A stretch of DNA of 25,672 nucleotides from a virus (lineage: Duplodnaviria > Caudoviricetes), in the IMG/VR virus record IMGVR_UViG_3300020440_000076, positions 1-25,672 of that record; one strand, given 5' to 3'. The notes below the pieces were generated by a model. The model saw only the letters and a list, made by a program, of their open reading frames with translations, ran no database searches and was not told the origin of the DNA. Shown piece after piece: positions 1 through 8,578 of the stretch. A program made the translations under genes and the position numbers. How positions within the stretch are numbered: the stretch's first letter is position 1; the number at the start of each line of letters is the position of its first letter.

Positions 1-2
1 GC

Positions 3-452
3 TCAATGGTTCCTATTATCGGTACTGCCCTTGGCGCCGCTTTAGGAACTGCTGTAGGTGGCGGACTGGCGGCCTACGAAGGTTATGGCGAGGAAATCAA
101 AGGCTTTTTCAGTAATCTTTTTGGTGGAGGAGATGGGAGAGCAATCGGAACTCTACAATCTACAGGAGGATTTGTTGAACCAAGGAATACACTAGCGGCG
201 ATACACGCCGGTGAACGTGTGTTATCACCAGCAGAAGCAAAAAATTATGCAGAAATACAGAAAGGCATGGCAACCAATACTATTACCAATCAAACTGGTA
301 ATGTAACATCCTCAGACTTTACGAACGTTCTAAACGAACTTAAAACGGCTAACAAAAACTTAAATATGCTTGTAAGTATCGGTGATGCTACTAGAAATAA
401 TACGGATAGAACAAAGAATTTACTTGCAAATAAGACAGAAAGTTTAGTATAA
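3..452 (+). CDS. C-terminal part of a probable tape-measure-like / tail-associated protein (5'-truncated by window)
   Basis: Frame is open from the window edge. It has a Gly/Ala-rich hydrophobic stretch (PIIGTALGAALGTAVGGGLA), a 'IHAGERVL' motif typical of tape-measure C-termini, and a terminal coiled-coil-like segment. Confidence 0.5.
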   Translation, partial: SMVPIIGTALGAALGTAVGGGLAAYEGYGEEIKGFFSNLFGGGDGRAIGTLQSTGGFVEPRNTLAAIHAGERVLSPAEAKNYAEIQKGMATNTITNQTGNVTSSDFTNVLNELKTANKNLNMLVSIGDATRNNTDRTKNLLANKTESLV

Positions 453-453
453 T
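448..453 (+). promoter_or_regulatory. TATAAT -10-like box 5 nt before portal ATG (possible leaderless start)
   Basis: GTATAATATAGTATG with no Shine-Dalgarno before ATG 459. A TAAATA box also lies upstream at 361-366. Confidence 0.4.
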
Positions 454-458
454 ATAGT

Positions 459-2156
459 ATGGCTTGGAAAAAATATTTTAAAGACGCAAACACATCTCCT
501 ATTTCTGGAGAAAGTAGACCCAACTTTGCAAAGAGAAATTACTCATCATATCTACCTGATGTATATACAGGACATCCAAACAGGATACAAAGATATTTTC
601 AGTATGATCAAATGGACAGTGACTCAGAAATTAATGCGGCACTGGACATACTTGCTGAATTTTGTACACAAAAAAATACAGAGAACGAAACTCCGTTTGA
701 TTTAGTATTCAAAGATGATGTCACAGATCAAGAAGTAAAAATTTTAAAAAGATCATTACAACAATGGACAAATGCAAATCAGTTTGGCAGAAGAGTTTTT
801 AGAATTTTTAGAAATGCCTTCAAGTATGGGGACTGTTTTTTCGTAAGAGATCCAGAAACAAACAAATGGCTTTTTATTGACTCGGCAAAAGTTGATAGAA
901 TTATTGTTAACGAATCTGATGGCAAGAAACCAGAACAATACATTATTCGAGATATAAATCCAAATTTACAAAGATTAAGTGCAACTGCTGTGACTCCAAA
1001 TCAAGTTTACGGCGGAGGTGGTACTACAGGCGGAACCTATAGTTCAAACTATGCTGGCGCAGGACAAGGTGTTAATATGAGCAATGCCGGAACAGCCGGA
1101 CCGGGTGGTAGATTCTATAGAACAATGAATCAATATGCCATTAATGCAGAACACGTTATACATTTAAGTATGTCAGACGGATTAGATAACTTGTTTCCTT
1201 TTGGACAATCGGTACTGGAACAGGTTTTCAAAGTTTACAAACAAAAAGAATTACTAGAAGATGCAATTATAATTTACAGAGTACAGAGGGCACCGGAAAG
1301 ACGTGTGTTCTATATTGATGTAGGAAATATGCCTACACACTTGGCTATGCAATTTGTTGAAAGAGTCAAGAATGAAATAAATCAAAGAAGGATTCCAAGC
1401 ACATCAGGCGGTGTAAACTACATTGATGCCACATACAATCCAATGAGTATCAATGAAGACTACTTCTTTCCACAGACAGCAGAAGGAAGAGGATCTAAAG
1501 TTGACACATTGCCGGGCGGAACCAACCTAGGTGAGATAGATGATCTAAGATTTTTCACTAATAAACTGTTTAGAGGTCTAAGAATACCAGCATCTTATTT
1601 GCCTACAGGCGCTGAAGATGGACAACAGCAATACAACGACGGTAGAGTAGGCACAGCATACATTCAAGAATTAAGATTCAACAAATATTGTCAAAGATTA
1701 CAATCATTATTGCAAACTGCGTTTGATTCAGAGTTTAAATTATGGTTAAAGAATAAAGGATACAACATAGACTTCTCTATGTTTGAAATCAAAATGAATC
1801 CACCGCAAAACTTTGCACAGTACAGACAGACCGAAATGGATCAGGCAAGAGTATCTACGTTCACACAGGTTGCTGAACTGCCATATATGAGTAAACGTTT
1901 TGCGTTGAAAAGATTCTTAGGTTTGACCGAGGAAGAAATGGCTAAAAATGCTGATCTTTGGGCGGAAGAAAATGCGGTACCACAAAACAAACAAACCAAA
2001 GGACAACAATTAAGAGCAGGTGGAGTGACAGCAGGTGGAGTACAGACCGATTTAGACCAATTTGAAGAGCCAACAGCAGAGCCTGATGCACCAGAACCAG
2101 GCGGAGCCGGCAACACACCACAAGGTGGTACACCAGGACAAACACCACAGACATAG
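459..2156 (+). CDS. gp20: Portal vertex protein, T4 gp20-like
   Basis: Motifs LLEDAIIIYRVQRAPERRVFYIDVGNMP, EDYFFPQTAEGRGSKVDTLPGG and ELRFNKYCQRLQ are characteristic of T4-type portals. It lies upstream of protease, scaffold and MCP. Confidence 0.95.
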   Translation: MAWKKYFKDANTSPISGESRPNFAKRNYSSYLPDVYTGHPNRIQRYFQYDQMDSDSEINAALDILAEFCTQKNTENETPFDLVFKDDVTDQEVKILKRSLQQWTNANQFGRRVFRIFRNAFKYGDCFFVRDPETNKWLFIDSAKVDRIIVNESDGKKPEQYIIRDINPNLQRLSATAVTPNQVYGGGGTTGGTYSSNYAGAGQGVNMSNAGTAGPGGRFYRTMNQYAINAEHVIHLSMSDGLDNLFPFGQSVLEQVFKVYKQKELLEDAIIIYRVQRAPERRVFYIDVGNMPTHLAMQFVERVKNEINQRRIPSTSGGVNYIDATYNPMSINEDYFFPQTAEGRGSKVDTLPGGTNLGEIDDLRFFTNKLFRGLRIPASYLPTGAEDGQQQYNDGRVGTAYIQELRFNKYCQRLQSLLQTAFDSEFKLWLKNKGYNIDFSMFEIKMNPPQNFAQYRQTEMDQARVSTFTQVAELPYMSKRFALKRFLGLTEEEMAKNADLWAEENAVPQNKQTKGQQLRAGGVTAGGVQTDLDQFEEPTAEPDAPEPGGAGNTPQGGTPGQTPQT

Positions 2157-2158
2157 GT

Positions 2159-2164
2159 TAAATA
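2159..2164 (+). promoter_or_regulatory. T4-late-type promoter box TAAATA
   Basis: Intergenic TAAATA-cgttt-ATG(2170); resembles the T4 gp55 late promoter TATAAATA. Confidence 0.6.
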
Positions 2165-2169
2165 CGTTT

Positions 2170-2412
2170 ATGAAACTAATGGAATTTATGAAATATGGAG
2201 ACGAAGGTTTTGAACAAGATAAAAGTTATGAACCTGAGAACGACATTTCTATATTAGATAAAGACGACACAAGAAAAACAAGACTTTCATTGAAAGATAT
2301 TAATTCTATGCGTTTAGCATCTGAACATCACAATGATTTGCAAAAGCAAGAAGCAAAATTTGTTCAGAAAATGTATGGAACTCCCTCCGAATCAGATAAC
2401 TTAGAGTTATAA
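2170..2412 (+). CDS. Small head-module hypothetical protein (80 aa), possibly a prohead core component
   Basis: ATG 2170 avoids overlap with the portal gene and follows a TAAATA box. Charged helical protein (DDTRKTRLSLKDINSMR) in the position of T4 gp67/68. Its stop overlaps the next ATG (TAATG). Confidence 0.7.
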   Translation: MKLMEFMKYGDEGFEQDKSYEPENDISILDKDDTRKTRLSLKDINSMRLASEHHNDLQKQEAKFVQKMYGTPSESDNLEL

Positions 2413-3023
2413 TGTCTGAGATAGCCTTTGTACTAGGGAACGGCGAATCCCGAAAAGGAATAAAAATAGAAGATTTAAAAAAGCACGGCAAAACCTATGC
2501 CTGTAATGCCGTATATCGAACCGAGGCCCCTGATGTTTTAGTTGCTGTTGATCCAAAGATGATGCTTGAAATAGCAAAATCAGATTACATGGCAAAAAAT
2601 ACAGTCTGGAGCAATTTTAATAATCAATATAAAAAAGTAGAAATGATAATGAACCATGCACAGTTCTTTCAACCTAGTTTAGGATGGAGTTCTGGACCCA
2701 CAGCACTTAAATATGCCGCAACATTTAATCCTACAGAAATTTATATACTTGGTTTTGACTATCACGGTCACTCTGATAGGCAAAGGAAAGTGTTTAACAA
2801 CATTTTCAAGGATACGGAGAATTACAAACGAGGCACCGAAGAGGCCACATTTTTTGGTAATTGGATGAATCAAACAAAACGTGTACTAAAAGATTCCCCG
2901 AATATTCAGTTTTATAGGGTAATACCCCCAGGATGGTTTGCACCAAGAGACTTGGAGTGGCAGGGCAACTGTAAACACATGGAAATAGACGCATTTAAAC
3001 AAAAATTTGCCCTGAATAAATAA
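2412..3023 (+). CDS. Maf/DUF115 (MptE-like, sialyltransferase-like Rossmann fold) putative glycosyltransferase
   Basis: Motif series FVLGNGESR...YACNAVYR...DVLVAVD...SSGPTAL...IYILGFDY matches the DUF115/Maf/GT42-like pattern. Confidence 0.6.
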   Translation: MSEIAFVLGNGESRKGIKIEDLKKHGKTYACNAVYRTEAPDVLVAVDPKMMLEIAKSDYMAKNTVWSNFNNQYKKVEMIMNHAQFFQPSLGWSSGPTALKYAATFNPTEIYILGFDYHGHSDRQRKVFNNIFKDTENYKRGTEEATFFGNWMNQTKRVLKDSPNIQFYRVIPPGWFAPRDLEWQGNCKHMEIDAFKQKFALNK

Positions 3024-3083
3024 ATCGTTGAAAAAAACCTGCCTTTTTACCCACCATTTCTGCACTCTTTAACATATTTGTAG

Positions 3084-3089
3084 TAAATA
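3084..3089 (+). promoter_or_regulatory. Late promoter box TAAATA for the head assembly operon
   Basis: Intergenic GTAAATAC, followed by SD AAGGAG (3123-3128) before ATG 3139. Confidence 0.6.
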
Positions 3090-3138
3090 CATTGCTTATA
3101 AGTACAAAACAAGCCGAATATAAAGGAGCACGTGCAAT

Positions 3139-4080
3139 ATGTCAAATATTAAACAAAACAAGTTTGAAAGTTTGTTAGAATTGCTTATCAACGAGGAAAA
3201 TGATAAAGCAGAACAATTATTTCATGAAATTGTTGTAGAGAAATCAAGAGACATCTACGAAGGTCTTGCTGACGAGACTACGACAGAAGAAACTACTACA
3301 GAAGCAATGCATGACAAGAAAGACAAAATGAAAGAAGAGTCCGACGAGTCAGAAGCAAAAGATGAAGTTAAAGAAACTGAATCTGCTTCAAAAGAAGACG
3401 AAACTGTTGACGAAGAAGTAGAAATCGAAGACGAGGCTACTGAAGAGTCTAAAGAAGAAACTAAAGAAGAAGAATCAATCGAAGAAGTAGGTGGAGACGC
3501 AACTGATGAATTAATCAAAGACGTAGCCGCAGACCAAGAAGGTGACGCAGAAGGTGCCGCTGATGACATGGCCAAAGACATGGACATGGAAAAAGACGGT
3601 GAAGAAGGCGATACTGAAGAGAGAATCGACGACTTAGAAGATGCTTTAGATGAATTAAAAGCAGAATTCGAAAAAATGATGGGTGACAAAGACGGTGGAG
3701 AAGATGAAAAAGAAGAAGAATCTTTAATGCCGATAGCAAATGACACTGAAGCAGTTGAAATGCCAGTTGAAGGTAAAAAAGACATGAAGGATAAGGAAAC
3801 TATGAAGGAGTACAAAATCCAGAAGTCTGCCGACAACAAAGATGGCAGTGACAACAAAAAATCTCCAGTGACTGATGCAGGAAGCAAAATGCCAAAAGGT
3901 GGTGATAACATCGCTAAAGGCAGTGCTGAAGAAAAAGGTCGTCCAGCCCCAACTGCTCAAAAAATGAGCGATTTTGAAAACACTGGCGGAAAAGATAAGT
4001 CAACATCTTTCAAAAAAGAGATGAAGGCAGATCACAAAGACGGTGCAGACAATACTAAATCACCAGTTGCTACAAAGTAA
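3139..4080 (+). CDS. Highly acidic prohead core / internal scaffold protein
   Basis: Strong SD, E/D-rich low-complexity body, coiled coil (EERIDDLEDALDELKAEFEKMM), Lys-rich C-terminus; directly upstream of the protease. Confidence 0.7.
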   Translation: MSNIKQNKFESLLELLINEENDKAEQLFHEIVVEKSRDIYEGLADETTTEETTTEAMHDKKDKMKEESDESEAKDEVKETESASKEDETVDEEVEIEDEATEESKEETKEEESIEEVGGDATDELIKDVAADQEGDAEGAADDMAKDMDMEKDGEEGDTEERIDDLEDALDELKAEFEKMMGDKDGGEDEKEEESLMPIANDTEAVEMPVEGKKDMKDKETMKEYKIQKSADNKDGSDNKKSPVTDAGSKMPKGGDNIAKGSAEEKGRPAPTAQKMSDFENTGGKDKSTSFKKEMKADHKDGADNTKSPVATK

Positions 4081-4106
4081 TTGTTGATTAACAGAGAGGG
4101 ATTCGG

Positions 4107-4736
4107 ATGTCACTATATCTAAGAGAGCATTTAACCTACGATCAGGCTAGAGTACAGATCTTGCACGAAGGCGACAACGGCAAAGATTTGTATATGAAAG
4201 GGATCTGTATTCAAGGTGGTATTAAAAATGCCAATCAAAGAGTTTATCCAGTAAACGAAATTGGAAAAGCAGTAAAAACTCTTAATGACCAAATAAGTTC
4301 AGGTTATAGTGTTCTTGGAGAAGTAGATCATCCGGATGATTTAAAAATTAATTTGGACCGAGTGTCTCACATGATTACTGAGATGTGGATGGACGGTCCA
4401 AATGGATACGGCAAAATGAAAATTTTGCCAACACCAATGGGTCAACTTGTCAAAACAATGTTGGAATCAGGTGTGAAACTAGGCGTTAGTTCCAGAGGAA
4501 GCGGAAATATTTCCGAGTATGGCGGCGGCGAAGTTTCAGACTTTGAGATCATCACTGTTGATGTTGTGGCCCAACCTTCGGCACCAGGTGCTTACCCAAC
4601 GCCAATATACGAGCATTTGCTAAACACAAAAGGCGGTATGAAAGCGAAGGGTCTGGCAGACGAAGTGAGAAATGACAAAAAAGCACAAAGGTATCTAAAC
4701 GATGCCTTAATTAATATAATAGGGAAACTAAAATAG
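4107..4736 (+). CDS. gp21: Prohead core protease, T4 gp21-like
   Basis: Motifs NANQRVYP, LGEVDHP (His), LGVSSRGSG (Ser) and DVVAQPSAPGAYP. Confidence 0.93.
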   Translation: MSLYLREHLTYDQARVQILHEGDNGKDLYMKGICIQGGIKNANQRVYPVNEIGKAVKTLNDQISSGYSVLGEVDHPDDLKINLDRVSHMITEMWMDGPNGYGKMKILPTPMGQLVKTMLESGVKLGVSSRGSGNISEYGGGEVSDFEIITVDVVAQPSAPGAYPTPIYEHLLNTKGGMKAKGLADEVRNDKKAQRYLNDALINIIGKLK

Positions 4737-4745
4737 GAGAGAAAT

Positions 4746-5819
4746 ATGTTTGACGCTATTTCAAAACTAGTTGAATCAGGAGCAATATCAGAAGATGTTC
4801 AAAAAAACATCCAAGAGGCCTGGGACAACAAGATAAAAGAAAACAGAGAGCAAGTAGCGGCGGAATTAAGAGAAGAGTTTGCTAAAAGATACGACCATGA
4901 CAAAGCAAACATGGTTGAGGCAATCGACAAGATGATGACTGAAAAATTATCTGAAGAAATCTCTAAATTCGTTGAAGATAGAAAAGGACTTGCACAAGAA
5001 AAAATGGCTTACAAAGAAAACGTAGGCAAACATTCTGCAAAACTAGAAGAGTTTGTATTAAGCAAACTTAACGGTGAACTGAATGAACTACACGCTGACA
5101 GAAAAGGTGTTCATGAAAACTTTAAAAAACTAGAAGAGTTCGTAGTAAACGCACTTGCTAAAGAAATTAAAGAGTTCAACGAAGACAAAAAAGGTGTTGT
5201 AGAAACGAAAGTGAAATTAGTAGCCGAAGCGAAGAAACAAATGGCTAAACTGAAAGAAACTTTCATAAAAAGATCTGCTAAAGTTGTAGAAGATGCTGTT
5301 ACTAAAAAATTAGGCACTGAAATTGGTAGCCTAAAAGAAGATATTAGTAGAGCAAGAGAAATCGACTTTGGTAAAAGAATTTTCGAGGCTTTTGCTTCAG
5401 AATATCAGTCTTCTTATCTTAATGAGAAGAGTGAGACTGCACGTCTAATGAAGGTTGTAGACGAACAGACGCTGAAAATAAAAGAAGCCGAGAAATCCAT
5501 CGAAGAGAAAAAAGCGGTGATTGAGTCTAAGGAAGCAGAAATGCGAACTAATAAGGACTTGATGGAACGAAAGGAAACGATGGCAGAGTTGCTGAAACCT
5601 CTCAGCAAAAACAAAGCGGAAGTTATGAGTCAATTGTTGGAATCAGTTTCAACAAATAAACTCCAAACTTCGTTTGACAAGTATCTACCTCACGTGATGA
5701 AAGAGGAGCCAATTGCTAACAAAGGTGCTACGAAAGTAATCACTGAAGCGGCTGGCGACAGATCACAAAGGGAAGATGCTGAACTAACAAGTATTCGTCA
5801 ATTGGCGGGTATTAATTAA
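4746..5819 (+). CDS. gp22: Prohead core scaffolding protein, T4 gp22-like
   Basis: Long E/K-rich coiled coil between protease and MCP; SD AGGAGA. Confidence 0.8.
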   Translation: MFDAISKLVESGAISEDVQKNIQEAWDNKIKENREQVAAELREEFAKRYDHDKANMVEAIDKMMTEKLSEEISKFVEDRKGLAQEKMAYKENVGKHSAKLEEFVLSKLNGELNELHADRKGVHENFKKLEEFVVNALAKEIKEFNEDKKGVVETKVKLVAEAKKQMAKLKETFIKRSAKVVEDAVTKKLGTEIGSLKEDISRAREIDFGKRIFEAFASEYQSSYLNEKSETARLMKVVDEQTLKIKEAEKSIEEKKAVIESKEAEMRTNKDLMERKETMAELLKPLSKNKAEVMSQLLESVSTNKLQTSFDKYLPHVMKEEPIANKGATKVITEAAGDRSQREDAELTSIRQLAGIN

Positions 5820-5842
5820 TAAACTATAAGGGGAAAGATCAA

Positions 5843-7021
5843 ATGTCAGAACTATTTGAATCAAAATGGGGCGAAACTAAACAGGCCCTAACCGAAGGTT
5901 TAGCAGGCAACAAGAAAAAAACTATGGATGTTGTCTTAGAAAATACTAAAAGGTATTTGTCTGAGGCGGCAACAAGTGGTGCAACTAGCGCCGGTAACGT
6001 TGCTACGTTAAACAGGGTTATTCTTCCAGTAATCAGAAGGGTTATGCCAACTGTGATCGCAAACGAGATCGTAGGTGTACAACCAATGTCTGGTCCTGTA
6101 GGACAAATCCACACATTAAGAATAAGATATGCAAACACAGTAGCCAACAACGCAACGGCTGGTGAAGAAGCATTATCTCCATTCAAAATCGCAAGAGCAT
6201 ACTCAGGTAACGAAGCGAATGATGGTACAGACGGAAATGCTAAAGGGGCTTCTACTGCATCTTTAGAAGGTGAAGCAGGAAACAGATTAGCAATCCAAAT
6301 CATGAAGCAACCTGTTGAGGCGAAATCAAGAAAACTATCTGCAAGATGGACTTTTGAAGCGGCTCAAGATGCACAGGCACAACAAGGTATTGATGTTGAG
6401 GCTGAAATCATGGCGGCATTAGCACAAGAAATTACTGCTGAAATCGACCAAGAGATCATCGGATCATTAAGATCATTGGCTGGAACTGCCGCTGAGGCGT
6501 TCGACCAATCTGCTGTGTCAGGTACTGCAACATTCGTTGGTGATGAACACGCGGCTTTGGCTGTGTTAATCAACAAAGTTGCTAACAACATTGCGTCAAG
6601 AACAAGAAGAGGTGCAGGTAACTATGCAGTTGTTTCGCCACAAGCGTTAACAATTCTTCAATCTGCAACAACTTCTGCGTTTGCAAGATCAACAGAAGGT
6701 ACTTTTGAAGCACCAACTAACACAAAATTTGTTGGTACACTAAACGGTGCTATGAGAGTTTACGTAGACGGTTATGCGCCTGATAGTACAGACGTATTAG
6801 TTGGATACAAAGGCTCAAGTGAAGCAGATGCTCCAGCATTCTACTGCCCATACATTCCATTAATGTCAAGCGGTGTTGTGTTAGATCCATCTACTTTCGA
6901 ACCGGTAGTAGGCTTCTTAACAAGATATGGTTATGTAGAGTTAACAAACACTGCATCATCTCTTGGTAATGCGGCTGACTACTTAGGTAAAGTATCAATA
7001 TCTAACGTAAAATTCAAGTAA
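5843..7021 (+). CDS. gp23: Major capsid protein, T4 gp23-like
   Basis: Motifs PVIRRVMPTVIANEIVGVQPMSGPVGQI, KSRKLSARWTFEAAQD, EITAEIDQEII, FYCPYIPL and GFLTRYG. Probable maturation site YLSE/A at residue 41. Confidence 0.97.
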   Translation: MSELFESKWGETKQALTEGLAGNKKKTMDVVLENTKRYLSEAATSGATSAGNVATLNRVILPVIRRVMPTVIANEIVGVQPMSGPVGQIHTLRIRYANTVANNATAGEEALSPFKIARAYSGNEANDGTDGNAKGASTASLEGEAGNRLAIQIMKQPVEAKSRKLSARWTFEAAQDAQAQQGIDVEAEIMAALAQEITAEIDQEIIGSLRSLAGTAAEAFDQSAVSGTATFVGDEHAALAVLINKVANNIASRTRRGAGNYAVVSPQALTILQSATTSAFARSTEGTFEAPTNTKFVGTLNGAMRVYVDGYAPDSTDVLVGYKGSSEADAPAFYCPYIPLMSSGVVLDPSTFEPVVGFLTRYGYVELTNTASSLGNAADYLGKVSISNVKFK

Positions 7022-7049
7022 TCTTAAAGGTTATTTAAATTTGAATTAT

Positions 7050-7083
7050 AAAAGGGCGGACTTAATGTTCGCCCTTTTTCTTT
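7050..7083 (+). terminator. Intrinsic terminator after MCP
   Basis: AAAAGGGCGGAC-ttaat-GTTCGCCCTTTT followed by a T-rich tract. Confidence 0.85.
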
Positions 7084-7098
7084 ATAAGGAGAAAACTC

Positions 7099-7218
7099 AT
7101 GTTGAAAAATAAATGGTTATGGGCAGGAATTATTATTGTGATAATTGCCTTAGGATATTGGCAGAAAGATAACATTGTGCCAAAATCTGAAGAACAAAAA
7201 ATAGAACAAGCACAATAG
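7099..7218 (+). CDS. 39-aa single-pass membrane protein (not in ORF track)
   Basis: SD AAGGAGA 6 nt before ATG 7099. MLKNKWLWAGIIIVIIALGYWQKDNIVPKSEEQKIEQAQ* has a basic N-terminus, an aromatic-flanked hydrophobic helix and a polar tail. Confidence 0.7.
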   Translation: MLKNKWLWAGIIIVIIALGYWQKDNIVPKSEEQKIEQAQ

Positions 7219-7231
7219 TTTTTAAAACACC

Positions 7232-7268
7232 AAGGGGGCGGCAATGAAAAACGAGTCGCCCTTTTTTT
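7232..7268 (+). terminator. Intrinsic terminator
   Basis: AAGGGGGCGGC-12 nt loop-GTCGCCCTTTTTTT. Confidence 0.75.
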
Positions 7269-7274
7269 GTGACT

Positions 7275-7280
7275 TAAATA
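7275..7280 (+). promoter_or_regulatory. Late promoter box TAAATA
   Basis: TTAAATA-tcagt-ATG(7286), directly after the terminator. Confidence 0.6.
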
Positions 7281-7285
7281 TCAGT

Positions 7286-7954
7286 ATGAACAAAATATTT
7301 TCTAATGGATGCAGTTTTCTCACTCCTAGACCAAAAGACGGTGTCGATAGTTTTGTAAGCGACATTATTGCAAAAAATTTTAGATATGATCTTGTCAATT
7401 TGGCAATGGGAGGTCGCGGCAATGACCGCATAAGTTTTTCAACCAAGGTATGGTTTGAACAAAATGATTACTCGAATACTTTTGCAATAATAGGGTGGTC
7501 AAGTATGCACAGAAATGACTATGTCACCAACGACGGTTGGAAAAAAGACAGGATACCTCAAACGGATCTGACTTGGAGAACCTGGAAAACTTTGGACAAC
7601 GTTAGTTTTATAAGGCAAAAGTCAGGGTGGGATATTGAAAACAATGCAATAATGAATTTCCTAGATAATGTTTTTGACTTGCAAAATTATTTTGAACGTA
7701 AGAAAATTCCATATGTGATGTACAATGCCTTACCAAACAGTTTCGAGACCGATATTCAAGATTTTAAAGTTATAAAAAATTGTTTGAACATGGAAAGGTT
7801 TTTCAATCCTACAATGAGCCACTATGAATATGTTGTAGATAAAAAACTAATTGTAAGTCCTCAAGATCCACATCCTAGTCTCGAGGGGCATCAACAATGG
7901 GCGATGATGCTACTAGAATTCATAGTAAAAAATCAACTTTTTAAAATTAAGTAG
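7286..7954 (+). CDS. SGNH/GDSL-fold hydrolase or acyltransferase-like protein
   Basis: Block I-like NGCSF near the N-terminus, NLAMGGRGN (block II), IIGWS and C-terminal DPHP (block V). Start moved to ATG 7286 because ATG 7244 lies in the terminator loop. Confidence 0.65.
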   Translation: MNKIFSNGCSFLTPRPKDGVDSFVSDIIAKNFRYDLVNLAMGGRGNDRISFSTKVWFEQNDYSNTFAIIGWSSMHRNDYVTNDGWKKDRIPQTDLTWRTWKTLDNVSFIRQKSGWDIENNAIMNFLDNVFDLQNYFERKKIPYVMYNALPNSFETDIQDFKVIKNCLNMERFFNPTMSHYEYVVDKKLIVSPQDPHPSLEGHQQWAMMLLEFIVKNQLFKIK

Positions 7955-7981
7955 TAACATAATTAATTTTTTTTATCGTCA

Positions 7982-7987
7982 TAAATA
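7982..7987 (+). promoter_or_regulatory. Late promoter box TAAATA
   Basis: Intergenic CATAAATAC preceding a structured leader. Confidence 0.65.
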
Positions 7988-7992
7988 CATAC

Positions 7993-8085
7993 AGTTCAAA
8001 CAGAGCCACACAATCAAGTGTGGACTTATGCGGATGTAAACCACCGCGTAGTGAGTAGAACTCACATTAGGCTCTGAACAGGAGA
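7993..8085 (+). ncRNA. Candidate structured cis-regulatory 5' leader RNA (four-way junction), family unknown
   Basis: Helices CAGAGC(C) 8001-8007/GGCTCTG 8070-8076, CCACAC 8006-8011/GTGTGG 8018-8023, TATGCGG 8027-8033/CCGCGTA 8044-8050 and GTGAG 8051-8055/CTCAC 8061-8065. Abuts SD AGGAGA 8080-8085. Confidence 0.6.
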
Positions 8086-8091
8086 AAAAAA

Positions 8092-8526
8092 ATGGGAAGA
8101 CCACTCAAAAAAGGTAGGTTCGGATCAAGTGCAGGTGATATAGAAGTCACTGGTGCATTTTCGAATAACACTACACAACCTGACGGCTCAGGCGCTGAAT
8201 CAGTATCTACAGCATCTGGAAACTTCATAGTGTCTCAAAGAGGAAGTAAAAGATTTAAAGTCAACTTTCTTTCTGCAGACGGTTCAACAAGAAATATTGA
8301 AGTGCTAACTCTTAAAGCAGTAGCACCAGGATCACTTACAAATGGTGAATTCTGTGTTCAAATTATCTTGGACGACTCAACTGTGGCATATGTAGAGAAA
8401 TTCTACAACAACACAGTTCACTATGTAACAGCAGGCGGCAACACTGGACACGTGCCTTACACATTAGGCGGAGAAGGTGATGACGAAGGCAAAGTATCAG
8501 GTAAGGGTTCAATCGACGTAATCTAA
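8092..8526 (+). CDS. Hypothetical virion structural protein (144 aa, beta-rich)
   Basis: Strong SD, own late promoter, codon usage like the structural genes; N-terminus MGRPLKK. Confidence 0.7.
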   Translation: MGRPLKKGRFGSSAGDIEVTGAFSNNTTQPDGSGAESVSTASGNFIVSQRGSKRFKVNFLSADGSTRNIEVLTLKAVAPGSLTNGEFCVQIILDDSTVAYVEKFYNNTVHYVTAGGNTGHVPYTLGGEGDDEGKVSGKGSIDVI

Positions 8527-8545
8527 CCTTAAAACACGTGCTTAT

Positions 8546-8570
8546 ATGGGGGAGTTTTGTACTCCCCCAT
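8546..8570. terminator. Perfect 10-bp GC-rich hairpin (terminator or RNA-stabilising stem)
   Basis: ATGGGGGAGT-tttgt-ACTCCCCCAT; no clear U tract on either side. Confidence 0.55.
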
Positions 8571-8578
8571 TATCAACA

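Noticed and set aside
1010-1115. Intein or intron in the portal gene
   Set aside because: The insertion is a short Gly-rich loop without intein splice motifs, and the frame is continuous.
2062-2169. Longer 116-aa start for the ORF after the portal
   Set aside because: It overlaps the portal C-terminus; ATG 2170 follows a TAAATA box and removes the overlap.
2708-3022. Additional TAAATA hexamers inside coding regions
   Set aside because: Expected by chance in AT-rich DNA; only intergenic copies positioned before starts were reported.
2154-4736. Possible TAG/TGA stop-codon reassignment, as in some large phages
   Set aside because: Core genes are intact in the standard code, and TAG stops (portal, protease) fall at sensible gene ends followed by a promoter or SD.
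7244-7285. Upstream start for the SGNH gene
   Set aside because: This ATG lies in a terminator loop; ATG 7286 puts the catalytic motif at the usual N-terminal position.
7993-8080. tRNA (cloverleaf-like four-way fold)
   Set aside because: No T-loop TTCGA, no D-loop GG, wrong arm and loop sizes, no CCA end.
3128-8540. CACGTG palindromes near 3129, 8449 and 8535
   Set aside because: Too short and too inconsistently placed to support an operator.
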